A stretch of DNA of 64,000 nt from an uncultured Actinomycetes bacterium. Its GTDB lineage: Bacteria; Actinomycetota; UBA4738; HRBIN12. The stretch spans positions 10,576 through 74,575 of the forward strand of contig CAWCDA010000043.1 in the NCBI GenBank assembly GCA_963794065.1, in the 5' to 3' direction. Position 1 is the stretch's first letter; every line of letters begins with the position of its first letter. The notes under the pieces were generated by a model. The model was given only the letters and a program-made list of their open reading frames with translations, had not been told where the DNA came from and did not search any database. The position numbers and the translations under genes were made by a program. Positions 48,253 through 57,614 of the stretch are shown piece after piece.

Positions 48253-49625
48253 CACAAACCGAGGTCTTCCGCGAAGTCCCATGTCTCGAGGTTGTGTTTG
48301 ACCCGCGCCAAGAACCTCGTGGCGAGTTCGCCGTCGATCAGGCGGTGATCCCACGACATCGAGATGTAGACCATGTGCCGCACGGCGATCGCGTCCTCCT
48401 CGACGACGACCGGCCGCTTCTGGATCGCGTCCAGCGACAGGATGCCCGCGTTCGGCTGGTTGATGATCGGAACCGAGATCAGCGAGCCGTACGGACCCGG
48501 GTTCGTGATCGTGAAGGTCGCGCCCTGCACCTCGTCGGGCTGCAGCTGGTGGGAGCGCGCCCGGGCGGCGAGATCCGCGATCGCTCGCGCGATGCCGACC
48601 GTATTCATCGCGTCGACGCCCTTGATCACCGGCACGATCAGCCCCGCGTCGTAGGACACCGCGATGCCCATGTTGACGAAGCGCGGCGTGACGATGTCCT
48701 CGCCTTCGATCCGCGAGTTCACGAGCGGATACTCGCGGAGCGCGTCGGCGGTAGCCCGCGTGACCATCGGCAGGTAGGTGAGCTTCACGCCGAACTTGTC
48801 GAGGAACCCGTCTTTGGCGGCCGTGCGAAGACGGACCAGCCGCTCGACGTTGACCTCGACCATCGTCCAGGCGCGAGCGGTCTGGTTCACCGACGCCAAC
48901 ATGTGCGTGGCGATCGCCTTGCGGATGTGCGACATGGCCTCGACGTCCTCGCCCTCGCCCGCGGGCATCGACGGCGGAGCTTGCACCGCGGCCACCGGGG
49001 AGGGCGCAGGAGCGGCCGGCACGACCACGCCGAGGGGCGCCGCCGCGGGGGCGGCTCCGCCGGCGGCGGCCAGCACGTCGGTCTTGGTGATCCGGCCTCC
49101 CTCACCCGAGCCCGCGACCGTGGCGAGATCGACCCCGCGCTCCCGCGCGAGCCGTCGCACGATCGGCGAGAGGATCTGCGACCGCGGGCCCCGATCCGGC
49201 ACCGCTGCCGCCGGCGCGGGCGCGACGGCGGCCGAGGCGGGCGTTGGCTCCGACGGCCGCGGCGCGGCGGGGGGGTCGACGGGACCCGACACCTCGTCGG
49301 TTGGGGTTGCGGCGCCCGTCGGACCCCCGCCGACCGCACCCGTCTGCGCCGTTGCGGCCGCCTCGGCCCCGTTGCCGGCGACCGAGCTGGATCCGTCGTC
49401 GATCTCCATCACCGCGGTCCCGACTGGAACGGTGGCTCCCTCCGCAACGAGCAGCTTCGTCACCGTGCCGGCAACCGGTGAGGGCACCTCCGTGTCGACC
49501 TTGTCGGTTGAGATCTCGAACAACGGCTCGTCGGCGGCGACGGCGTCGCCCTCTTGTTTGAGCCACTTCAAGATCGTGCCCTCGACGATCGTCTCGCCGA
49601 GCTGCGGCATCTGGATCGACGTCAC
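48252..49625 (-). CDS. Dihydrolipoamide acyltransferase (E2)
   Basis: The GTG start is preceded by GAGGAGG. The lipoyl domain reads EISTDKVDTEVPSP, the PSBD reads SPIVRRLARERGVDL, and the catalytic motif is SWDHRLIDG. Confidence 0.92.
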   Translation of the reverse strand: MTSIQMPQLGETIVEGTILKWLKQEGDAVAADEPLFEISTDKVDTEVPSPVAGTVTKLLVAEGATVPVGTAVMEIDDGSSSVAGNGAEAAATAQTGAVGGGPTGAATPTDEVSGPVDPPAAPRPSEPTPASAAVAPAPAAAVPDRGPRSQILSPIVRRLARERGVDLATVAGSGEGGRITKTDVLAAAGGAAPAAAPLGVVVPAAPAPSPVAAVQAPPSMPAGEGEDVEAMSHIRKAIATHMLASVNQTARAWTMVEVNVERLVRLRTAAKDGFLDKFGVKLTYLPMVTRATADALREYPLVNSRIEGEDIVTPRFVNMGIAVSYDAGLIVPVIKGVDAMNTVGIARAIADLAARARSHQLQPDEVQGATFTITNPGPYGSLISVPIINQPNAGILSLDAIQKRPVVVEEDAIAVRHMVYISMSWDHRLIDGELATRFLARVKHNLETWDFAEDLGL

Positions 49626-49635
49626 GGAAGCCTCC

Positions 49636-50682
49636 TCACCAGGCGGACAGGCGGTCGACGGCGGCCTCGATGTCGGCCACCTGCGGCAGAAACGCGTCCT
49701 CCAGCGGTGGGGAGAACGGCACGGGATGGTTCGGCGGCGCCAGCCGCATCACCGGGGCATCGAGGTGCTCGAAGGCCCGCTCGGCGATCGTCGAGGCGAC
49801 CTCGGCGCCGATCCCGAGGAACCGGAAGGACTCGTAGAGGACCAGCGCGCGCGACGTCTTCTCGATCGAGCGCAGCACGGTCTCTTCGTCGATCGGGTAG
49901 ACCGTTCGGAGATCGACGACCTCGACCGAGATGCCACGCCCGGCCAACGACTCCGCCGCCTCCAGCGCTTTGTGCACCATCGCGCCGTAGGTGACGATCG
50001 TCACGTCCTCGCCTGTCCGTTTCACGTCGGCCGAGCCGATCGGCACCAGCACGTCCGGATCTTCGGACACGTGCTCCTTGATCCGCCGGTAGAGCGCCTT
50101 GTGCTCGAGGAACAGGCTCGGGTTGTCGTCGCGGATCGCCGATTTCAACAAGCCCTTCGCGTCCGACGGGAACGCGGGGCACATGATCTTGATGCCGCCC
50201 GTATAGGCGAACCACGGCTCGGGGTTGACCGAGTGGAAGTTCGAGGCGCGGACCCCACCGCCGCTCGGTCCGCGCAGAACCACCGGCAGCGGCACGCCCG
50301 CGCGATAGTGATAGCGGGCAAGGACCGTCGTGATCTCGTCGAATCCGCTCGACATGAAGTCCGCGTACTGGAACTCGGCGATGGGGCGGAGCCCTTCCAT
50401 CGCGGAGCCCGCTGCCCAACCGACGATCGTCTCCTCGGCGATCGGGGTGTCGACGACGCGTGTCGCGCCGAACCGATCGAGGAATCCCTCGGTCACCTTG
50501 AACGCGCCGCCGTAGACGCCGATGTCCTCGCCGAGCATGAAGACGCGCTCGTCGCGTTCCATCTCCTCCCACAGCGCCTCCGCGATCGCGACGAGATAGG
50601 TGGCCTGACCGTCGTCGGAGCGCTTCCCGCGCGGTTCCGCGCCGTGCCCGGCCGCCGCGGCCTCGACCTGCTGGGTCGCCAT
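49636..50682 (-). CDS. 2-oxoacid (pyruvate-type) dehydrogenase E1 beta subunit
   Basis: It is 348 aa from the internal ATG, which overlaps the alpha stop. The sequence reads MLGEDIGVYGGAFKVTEGF...VVDTPIAEE...EFQYADF. Confidence 0.9.
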   Translation of the reverse strand: MATQQVEAAAAGHGAEPRGKRSDDGQATYLVAIAEALWEEMERDERVFMLGEDIGVYGGAFKVTEGFLDRFGATRVVDTPIAEETIVGWAAGSAMEGLRPIAEFQYADFMSSGFDEITTVLARYHYRAGVPLPVVLRGPSGGGVRASNFHSVNPEPWFAYTGGIKIMCPAFPSDAKGLLKSAIRDDNPSLFLEHKALYRRIKEHVSEDPDVLVPIGSADVKRTGEDVTIVTYGAMVHKALEAAESLAGRGISVEVVDLRTVYPIDEETVLRSIEKTSRALVLYESFRFLGIGAEVASTIAERAFEHLDAPVMRLAPPNHPVPFSPPLEDAFLPQVADIEAAVDRLSAW

Positions 50683-51740
50683 CAACCGGCCTCCGTCCCG
50701 CCGTCTCGTCCGGGCTCGGATCGCCAGTATCCGTCCTCGACCCAGACCCCCTTCGAGACGTCGCCCGGCTCGGGGAACGGAGACGCAAGCGCGAAAGCGT
50801 GCGCGGCCTCGAACGCCTGCTCGACGCGTTCCTGCATCGAGGCGACCGCCGCGTCGTCGACGACCCCGAGCGACAACACGTGCGCCTCGAAGTTCTTGAC
50901 GGGGTCCTTGGACAGCATGTAGTGCTCGAGGAGTTCGCGAGGAACGTACTTCGCCGGATCGTGACCTGCGTGGCCGCGCCACCGGAGCGATACCGCTTCG
51001 ATCAAGGTCGGCCCCCCGCCGGCCCTCGCCCGCTCGACGGCATCGCGGGCCGCCGCGTACACCTCGAGCACCTCCGTGCCGTCCACCCGCACGCCGGGCA
51101 TGCCGTAGGCGGCGGCGCGCTCCGCGATCGTGGGCACCGCGAATTCGCGCTCGTTGGGCGTGGAGTAGGCGAACTGGTTGTTGTTGACGACCCAGACCAC
51201 CGGCAGTCGCATGATCGCCGAGGTGTTGAGCGCCTCGTGCCAGCGGCCGTTGGAGGTGGCGCCGTCGCCACAGATCGCCAGCGCGACACGGCCGTCATCG
51301 GCGCGCTGGTAGGCCCACGCCGCGCCGACCGCGACGGGGTAGGCGATCGGGAGGTGCGACATCACCGCGAAGGTTCGGTTGCCCTCCCAGTCGCCGATAT
51401 GGCTGTTCCCGTCGCGCCCGCGGAGGTAGCCGTCGATCCGACCCCAGAACTGCGCCAGGACCCGATCGAGGTCGAGCCCCTTCGCGAGCTGCGCGGTGAG
51501 GTCCCGGTGCGTCGGGAACAGCGAATCGCGCTCGTCCAGGGCGTACGCCACCCCGACGTGGGTGCCCTCCTGACCTCGACCCGAATAGAGCGCGCCGGGC
51601 AGCCGACCCTGCCGATAGAGCGCCTCCAGCCGCTCGTCCACGTAGCGGGCGAGCTTGAGCATGTAGAGCATGTCTCGCAGCCGCTCGTCGGGCAAGGGTC
51701 GCTCATTGGCGGCTGCGTCGGGTTCGAAGGTGGTTGCCAC
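50682..51740 (-). CDS. 2-oxoacid (pyruvate-type) dehydrogenase E1 alpha subunit (TPP)
   Basis: The GTG at 51740 is preceded by GAGGAGGA. Motifs: GDGATSNGRWHEALN and VNNNQFAYSTP. Confidence 0.88.
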   Translation of the reverse strand: MATTFEPDAAANERPLPDERLRDMLYMLKLARYVDERLEALYRQGRLPGALYSGRGQEGTHVGVAYALDERDSLFPTHRDLTAQLAKGLDLDRVLAQFWGRIDGYLRGRDGNSHIGDWEGNRTFAVMSHLPIAYPVAVGAAWAYQRADDGRVALAICGDGATSNGRWHEALNTSAIMRLPVVWVVNNNQFAYSTPNEREFAVPTIAERAAAYGMPGVRVDGTEVLEVYAAARDAVERARAGGGPTLIEAVSLRWRGHAGHDPAKYVPRELLEHYMLSKDPVKNFEAHVLSLGVVDDAAVASMQERVEQAFEAAHAFALASPFPEPGDVSKGVWVEDGYWRSEPGRDGGTEAG

Positions 51741-51748
51741 GGTCCTCC

Positions 51749-53125
51749 TCAGGCGGTGTGCAGGGCTTTCCCGGCGAGCGCGAGCATCGCCTCGCCGACG
51801 CCTTCGGACAACGAGGGATGCGGATGGATATGCGCCGCCACATCGCTGGGCGACGCCTCCCACGACGTGATCAGCATCGCCTCGGCGATCAGATCCGTCA
51901 CGTGCGGCCCGATCATATGGACGCCGAGCACGGGTCCATCGTCGACCGCGGCGACCACCTTCACGAAGCCGCCCTCCCCGACGATGTTGGCCTTGCCGAT
52001 GGCGCGCAGGTCGAGCTTCTCGACCACCACGTCGTGGCCGGCCTCGCGCGCCTGCGCCTCCGTGAGGCCCACGCTGGCGATCTCCGGCGAGCTGTAGGTG
52101 ACCCGCGGGATCTGGACGTAGTCGATCGGCGGCACGTCGATGCCGGCGATACGCTCCGCCACGGCGATACCTTCGGTGAAGGCGACATGCGCGAGCTGCA
52201 ACGGCGTCGCGGCGACGTCGCCGACCGCCCACACGTGCGGCACGTTCGTGCGCAGCCAGTCGTCGACCTCGACGAAGCCCTTCGGGTTCATCCCGATCCC
52301 CGACTCCTCGAGCCCGTCGGTTACCGGTCCCCGACCGACCGCGATCAGGCAGATGTCGGCGGTCACGCTCGTGGGCGCATCGCCGAGCTGGTAGGTCACG
52401 GTGGTGCCCGCCCCCTCATCGACGATCGACGTGACGGAGGCGCCGACCGCGGTGTCGATCCCTCGCTTGCGGAACGCTCGAGCGACCTCCTTCGAGACCG
52501 CGTCGTCCTCCAGCGGCGCCAGCCGGGGGAGCGCCTCGATCACCGTGACCTGCGCGCCGAACGAGCGGTACATCGATGCGAACTCGAGGCCGACGGCGCC
52601 GGCGCCGATCACGATCGCCGAGGTCGGAATGCGGTCCAACCGCAGGGCCTGGTCGCTGGTGATCACGCGCGGGCCGACCTGCAGGCCCGGCAACATCTTG
52701 GGAGCCGAGCCGGTGGCCAGCACGATGTCCGTCGTGGCCACGGGCGCGCCTTCGACCTCGAGCGTCGCTCCAGGCCCCAGACGAGCGGTGCCCGTGAGCA
52801 CGTCGATCTTCCTCAACCGGATCAGGCTGGTGAGCCCGTTCACCAGCTTGTCGACCATCGCGTCTTGGAACGCCAAGATCGCCGACCAGTCGGGCTCGCC
52901 GGCCGCCTTGATCCCCCACTCGGAGGCTCGCTCGACCGTGTCGAGCACCTCAGCCGAGCGCAAGAGCGCTTTGGTGGGGATGCAGCCGCGTAGCAGGCAG
53001 GTGCCGCCCAATCGGTTTCCGCGCTCGACGATGGCAACACGCTTGGCCGATTGCGCGGCACGCAAGGCGGTCGCGTACCCGCCTGTGCCGGCGCCGATCA
53101 CGACTACGTCGTAGGGGTCGCCCAT
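51749..53125 (-). CDS. lpdA: Dihydrolipoyl dehydrogenase (E3)
   Basis: The sequence reads YDVVVIGAGTGGY...GGTCLLRGCIPTK, the redox disulfide, and has the C-terminal HAHPSLSE motif. The ATG at 53125 avoids overlap with the divergent gcvT. Confidence 0.93.
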   Translation of the reverse strand: MGDPYDVVVIGAGTGGYATALRAAQSAKRVAIVERGNRLGGTCLLRGCIPTKALLRSAEVLDTVERASEWGIKAAGEPDWSAILAFQDAMVDKLVNGLTSLIRLRKIDVLTGTARLGPGATLEVEGAPVATTDIVLATGSAPKMLPGLQVGPRVITSDQALRLDRIPTSAIVIGAGAVGLEFASMYRSFGAQVTVIEALPRLAPLEDDAVSKEVARAFRKRGIDTAVGASVTSIVDEGAGTTVTYQLGDAPTSVTADICLIAVGRGPVTDGLEESGIGMNPKGFVEVDDWLRTNVPHVWAVGDVAATPLQLAHVAFTEGIAVAERIAGIDVPPIDYVQIPRVTYSSPEIASVGLTEAQAREAGHDVVVEKLDLRAIGKANIVGEGGFVKVVAAVDDGPVLGVHMIGPHVTDLIAEAMLITSWEASPSDVAAHIHPHPSLSEGVGEAMLALAGKALHTA

Positions 53126-53199
53126 GCGGAACGCAAGTCTACCGCCGTTCTCCGCTCCCACAGGGGTGGCGCGTTCGTCCGCCGCGTACCATCGCCCGG

Positions 53200-54309
53200 A
53201 TGGACGATCAGGGGGCGTTGAAGCATCCGCCACTCGAAGCCGAGCACCTCGAGCTTGGCGCGAAGCTCGGCCCGTTCGGCGGCTGGAACATGCCGATCGA
53301 GTACGACGGGGCGCTTGCGGAACACCGAGCGGTTCGTGAGCGGGTAGGTCTGTTCGATCTCACCCATCTGGGCAAGGTCGAGGTCGAGGGGCCCGGCGCG
53401 CTGGCGCTCCTCCAGGGCGTGGTCACCAACGACGTCGCCGCGATCGATGTCGGCGAAGCGCAGTACAACCTCGTGCTCAACGAGGGGGGCGGTGTGATCG
53501 AGGACCTGATCGTCTACCGGATGGGCGACCAGCGCTATTTCGTCGTGCCGAACGCATCGAACACGCACCGCGTCCTGCAGATCCTCGGCGAGGCCGAGAC
53601 GCCGGACACGGTGCACCTCATGTACCACCAGGACTGGTGTTTCCTCGCCGTCCAGGGCCCGGAGTCACCGGGCCTCGTCGAGGCGGTGTTCGCGGAGGCG
53701 GTCGATCTGTCGTTCATGCGCTGTACCGAGTCCTCGTACCAGCGCCGACCGGTGATCGTGACGAGATCCGGCTACACGGGCGAGGTCGGCTTCGAGCTAT
53801 TCACCTACCAGGACATCGCCGTGGATCTGTGGCGGCAGCTGTTGACGGCGGTGCGCGAGCTGGGCGGCGGCCCGTGCGGGCTTGCGTCGCGCGACGTCCT
53901 CCGCCTCGAGATGGGCTACCCGCTGTACGGTCAGGACCTCTTCGAGTCATCCACCGCGTTCGAGGCGGGTCTCTCGTGGGCCGTATCGATGGACAAGGGC
54001 CCGTTCCGCGGTCGCGACGCGCTGGCTCGCCAGCGCTCGGAGGGGCTCCCGAGCCGGCTGCGGGGTCTCCGTATGCACGAGCGTCGGCACATCCCGCGGG
54101 CGCATTACCCCGTCTTCGTCGGCGATCGCGTGATCGGCGAGGTCACCAGCGGCACGTTCTCGCCGTCGCTGCAGACGGGGATCGGGCTGGCCTACCTCTG
54201 GCCCGCCGACGTGGCGGCGGTCGGGGACGAGGTCGAGGTGGATATCCGGGGCCGGCGAGGTGCGGCGACGGTGGTGCGTCCGCCGTTCGTGGACCGAAGC
54301 CCTCGCTAG
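53200..54309 (+). CDS. gcvT: Glycine cleavage system aminomethyltransferase (T protein)
   Basis: The ORF is 369 aa. Motifs: FGGWNMPIEY, GLFDLTHLGKVEVEG, RSGYTGEVGFE and RLEMGYPLYG. Confidence 0.93.
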   Translation: MDDQGALKHPPLEAEHLELGAKLGPFGGWNMPIEYDGALAEHRAVRERVGLFDLTHLGKVEVEGPGALALLQGVVTNDVAAIDVGEAQYNLVLNEGGGVIEDLIVYRMGDQRYFVVPNASNTHRVLQILGEAETPDTVHLMYHQDWCFLAVQGPESPGLVEAVFAEAVDLSFMRCTESSYQRRPVIVTRSGYTGEVGFELFTYQDIAVDLWRQLLTAVRELGGGPCGLASRDVLRLEMGYPLYGQDLFESSTAFEAGLSWAVSMDKGPFRGRDALARQRSEGLPSRLRGLRMHERRHIPRAHYPVFVGDRVIGEVTSGTFSPSLQTGIGLAYLWPADVAAVGDEVEVDIRGRRGAATVVRPPFVDRSPR

Positions 54310-54995
54310 GTCGCTCGGACGGCCTGGACGAAGTCGCGTGGCGTGTCCTTGCCGAACCGCACGTTGCGGAGCATGTGCGCGAGCGTCCGCCCGGCGCCCG
54401 GCGCCTTTGGCGTCGACACGACGATCAGGTACAGACCCGAGCCGGGGATGCCCGTTTCGCGGGCGGGGCCGTAGCCAGGCGCGGCCACGAAGTAGGACCA
54501 ACGGGTCAGGGATCCGCGTCGACCGCAGGTGCCGGTCGCGTGCGCCATGAAGTCGCCGGGCGACCCGCGTCCGCCGGCCATCGACGCCGGCGCGTGGTTC
54601 ACGAAGATCCGCTGGCGCGTCACCGTGCATCGGTCGCGGTCGGTGACCGTCTCGAGGATGGGCCCTCTCGCCGCAAGGTAGTACAGATCGCTCGGGACCC
54701 CGACCTCCGTTGCATCGAGCCGTGTGGCGACGAGGCCCTGCTCCGGCATCGCCAGCGAGCCTGCGAGCGGGCCTGGCGAGGCGGCGACCCCGACAGAATA
54801 GGCGGCGTCCGCGGCCGGGTGCACGACCCAGTTCCCAGGCACGAGGGCCGAGACGCCGAAGGCGGAGACACGCGTGTACGACCGGCCCGCGGCCGAGGCG
54901 ACGGCGGTGTCCGCGGCGGTCGTGGACGCCGCGACGCCACCACAGCTGGCGGAACCGAGTGCGAGAACAACGAGAAGCGCGAGGGGTCGGGCCAG
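54306..54995 (-). CDS. Probable lipoprotein of unknown function, start unresolved
   Basis: The listed ORF starts at 54842. The same frame stays open upstream and encodes ARPLALLVVLALGSASCGG. There is only a CTG at 54995, placed 7 nt after GGAGG (see findings). Confidence 0.45.
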   Translation of the reverse strand: MARPLALLVVLALGSASCGGVAASTTAADTAVASAAGRSYTRVSAFGVSALVPGNWVVHPAADAAYSVGVAASPGPLAGSLAMPEQGLVATRLDATEVGVPSDLYYLAARGPILETVTDRDRCTVTRQRIFVNHAPASMAGGRGSPGDFMAHATGTCGRRGSLTRWSYFVAAPGYGPARETGIPGSGLYLIVVSTPKAPGAGRTLAHMLRNVRFGKDTPRDFVQAVRAT

Positions 54996-55059
54996 GGTTG
55001 AACCTCCGCCACGAGGATACGCCCCGTGAGCCGACGGCGCTTGAACCGGATCCCGGCCG

Positions 55060-56274
55060 CTACGCGGCGCCAGCCGTATTGGTCGCGCTGGCCGGGGGCG
55101 CCGCCAACCGCTGCCCGACGGTCCTGGGGATGCAGAACGACACGCGGGTACCGCCCCCCGGCAACGGGTCCGACCACATGACTCCGCCGTGCTCGATCAC
55201 GATCTTGCGCGCCAGGTGCAGCCCGACCCCGACGCCGGCCTTCTCCTTGCGCAGTGTCGCCTCGCCGGTCGAGAAGGGCTGTTCGAACGCCCGCATCGCA
55301 AGCGAACGATCGAGGCCCTCGCCGTGGTCGGTGACGACGACGACGACGCCTTCGTCGAGCATGCGGGCGCTGAGCTCGATCCCGCGGCCGACGGGGGAGT
55401 AGCGGCAGGCGTTGTCCAGCAGCTCTCGGACGACGCCGCCGATCCGTGGGCCGTCCGCGATCGCGCGCAGCTCCTCAGGCACGTGGGCTCCGATGGGCGT
55501 ATCGGGGTACTCGCGCCCGACCTCGTCGATCGCGTGACGGATCAACGGGGCCAGATCCATCGGGGTGATCTCGAGTTCGAAGGTGCCGCGCTCGAGCTCC
55601 GCGATCGTGATGATCTCGTCGACGATGGCCATCAGCTTGTCGAGCGAGGACTGGAGCTGGCCGAGGAACTGGTCGCGCTCACCCTCCGGAACCGCGGGGT
55701 TGCGCAACACGTACGCGATGCCTTTGGCGACGGTCACCGGTGTGCGCAGCTCATGGGAGATGTTCGCGAGGAAGTCCGCCTTGGCGGAGGTCCCCTGGGT
55801 CACCGAGGAACGGATCTCCTGGAGCTCGGCGGCAAGGGCCCGCTCGGACGCCACGAGGCGTGTGACCTCCGAGCCGAAGGAGGTCGCCACGACGGGCGAC
55901 AGCACCGCGGCCCCGGTGAGCGCAGCGCGAACGGCCGCCAGCAAGGCGTCGGGGCCGTCCTCACGCAGCACGTACCCGGCCGCGCCCGCGCCCAGCGCGT
56001 CGGCAACCGCCGCCGCCTCCCGAGACGAGGAGCGCGCGATCACGCGGGTGCCGGGGGTCGAGGCGCACAGCCGGCGGATCAGCTCCGGTCCGCCCAGCCC
56101 CTCGAGCCCGAGGTCGACGGTGACCACATCCGGGCGCGAACGAGCCGCAGCCTCGACCGCTCGGAACGGGTCGGAGGTGACGTCGACGACCAGCTCGGGC
56201 GCCTCACGCAGCAGGTGGTACTGCAGGTAGGCGACCTCGTCGGCCGCATCGCATACGAGCACGGTTGCACCCAT
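55060..56274 (-). CDS. Soluble hybrid histidine kinase: N-terminal receiver, HisKA, HATPase_c
   Basis: The ORF is 404 aa. The receiver-like N-terminus reads VLVCDAADE...VVTVDLGL...YVLRED. The H-box is FLANISHELRTPV, and the G-box is GVGVGLHLARKIV. There is no TM segment. Confidence 0.85.
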   Translation of the reverse strand: MGATVLVCDAADEVAYLQYHLLREAPELVVDVTSDPFRAVEAAARSRPDVVTVDLGLEGLGGPELIRRLCASTPGTRVIARSSSREAAAVADALGAGAAGYVLREDGPDALLAAVRAALTGAAVLSPVVATSFGSEVTRLVASERALAAELQEIRSSVTQGTSAKADFLANISHELRTPVTVAKGIAYVLRNPAVPEGERDQFLGQLQSSLDKLMAIVDEIITIAELERGTFELEITPMDLAPLIRHAIDEVGREYPDTPIGAHVPEELRAIADGPRIGGVVRELLDNACRYSPVGRGIELSARMLDEGVVVVVTDHGEGLDRSLAMRAFEQPFSTGEATLRKEKAGVGVGLHLARKIVIEHGGVMWSDPLPGGGTRVSFCIPRTVGQRLAAPPASATNTAGAA

Positions 56275-56343
56275 CTTGTCGGGGTATCGGCCCTCCCGCC
56301 GTGGGGTTGAGATGTGGGCCGCTTGGGGGAGGAGACGCCCGAC

Positions 56344-56986
56344 TCAGTGCACGATGCCGGTACGGATCGCGATCGCGACCGCCTGCGCGCGGTCGTTCGC
56401 GCCGAGCTTTTCGAAGATCCGCTCGAGATGCGTCTTGACCGTGTGCGGGGAGATGCCGAGATCGGAGGCCACCTGGCGCGTCGTGGCGCCGTCGGCGACG
56501 CGCTGCAGGATCTCGCGCTCCCGTTTGGACAGCGGGGTGGTGCGCGGCTCGTCGCCGGCGGTGCGAGCCTCCTCGATGAAGGTCTTTGTCAGCTGTGGAT
56601 GGATGACCGCGTTGCCCTCGATCGCGTTGCGCGCCGCATCGACCAGCGCGTCCGGGGTGGCGTCCTTGAGGAGGTAGCCCGACACCCCGGCCTGGATCGC
56701 CTCGGAGACGGCGCCCGCGCGACTCGTCGACCGTGATCAGGATGACCTTGGTATCCGGGGCGGCGTCCTTGATCCGCCGGGTGGCCTCGATGCCGTCCAT
56801 GCCCGGCATCCGGACATCCATGAACACGACGTCGGGCGACAGCGCGCGGGCCTGCTCGACCGCCTCCTCGCCCGAGGCGGCCTCCCCGACCACGACCACG
56901 GCGTCGTCGGAAAGCTCGAGCGCCGTGCGAAGTCCTTCCCGGGTGACGGGATGGTCATCGACGATGAGCGCGCGGATCGAGGCCAA
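56344..56986 (-). pseudogene. NarL/LuxR-family response regulator, frame broken near 56711-56722
   Basis: The receiver (ALIVDDHPVTREGL...VVFMDVRMPGMDG...VILITVDES) lies in the frame of ORF 56204..57652. It has a TTG start at 56986, 5 nt after AAGGAG. The linker and HTH (AGAVSEAIQAGVSGYLLKD...LSKREREILQRVADGATTRQVASDLGISPHTVKTHL) lie in the frame of ORF 56344..56685. Confidence 0.85.
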
Positions 56987-57061
56987 ATGGGTCTCCTTAT
57001 CCCTGCATACCGGTACGCTGGTGTCAGCAAGCATATGCCGGAAAGGGGGCGGTGGGTCGGT

Positions 57062-57418
57062 ATGGACGATGACATCCAGATGCAGGAGGCCGCCACGGCG
57101 ACCGAAACGCCCGTCGGCGTGAACGACGAGCGTGTCCGCCAGGCGCTGATGCAGGTGTTCGACCCGGAACTCGGGATCAACATCGTCGACCTCGGGCTCG
57201 TGTATGAGATCGAGGTGCACGACAACGGCGACGTCGACATCCAATACAGCCTCACGACGATGGGCTGCCCGATCGGGCCGCTGATCGAGGATCAGATGCG
57301 TGCCTTCCTGGCGCCGATCGACGGTATCGGTGAGGTGCGCCCGGAACTGGTGTTCCGTCCCGCGTGGAGCCCAGAGATGATGTCCGAGGAAGCGAAGGCC
57401 GCGCTCGGCATCTTCTGA
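57062..57418 (+). CDS. DUF59 / SufT-like Fe-S cluster assembly protein
   Basis: It is 118 aa from the internal ATG. The sequence reads VFDPELGINIVDLGLVY...LTTMGCPIGP. Confidence 0.8.
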   Translation: MDDDIQMQEAATATETPVGVNDERVRQALMQVFDPELGINIVDLGLVYEIEVHDNGDVDIQYSLTTMGCPIGPLIEDQMRAFLAPIDGIGEVRPELVFRPAWSPEMMSEEAKAALGIF

Positions 57419-57424
57419 CCTTGA

Positions 57425-57442
57425 CGCAGGTTTCGACCTGCG
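57425..57442 (+). terminator. Candidate intrinsic terminator hairpin after the DUF59 gene
   Basis: CGCAGGT-ttcg-ACCTGCG forms a perfect 7-bp stem, 7 nt after the stop, followed by GTACTTCTT. Confidence 0.35.
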
Positions 57443-57614
57443 GTACTTCTTGCACCTGCAACAGATCGAAGGGGGAGGCAGGTGATCCGCACGCGCTGCC
57501 GAGGGCTCGTCGCCGCGATGATCCCGTCCCGTCTGTGCTGTCGGCGGGCCGCGGGCTGATCCAGCCCGGCGGCGCCCGGTTCCGATCCGATCGACTCCCA
57601 GAAGGGAACGCACA

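Noticed and set aside
53126-53199. Possible glycine riboswitch upstream of gcvT.
   Set aside because: Only 74 nt are available. I could not find the conserved glycine-aptamer elements (GGAGAG...CACCG...GGGGCAA-type core).
57443-57614. Possible riboswitch or small RNA in the 170-nt leader of the rhodanese gene, and the 84-aa ORF 57364..57618.
   Set aside because: I recognised no conserved RNA motif. The ORF translation is Arg-rich junk overlapping the DUF59 gene end. It would need a covariance-model scan to say more.
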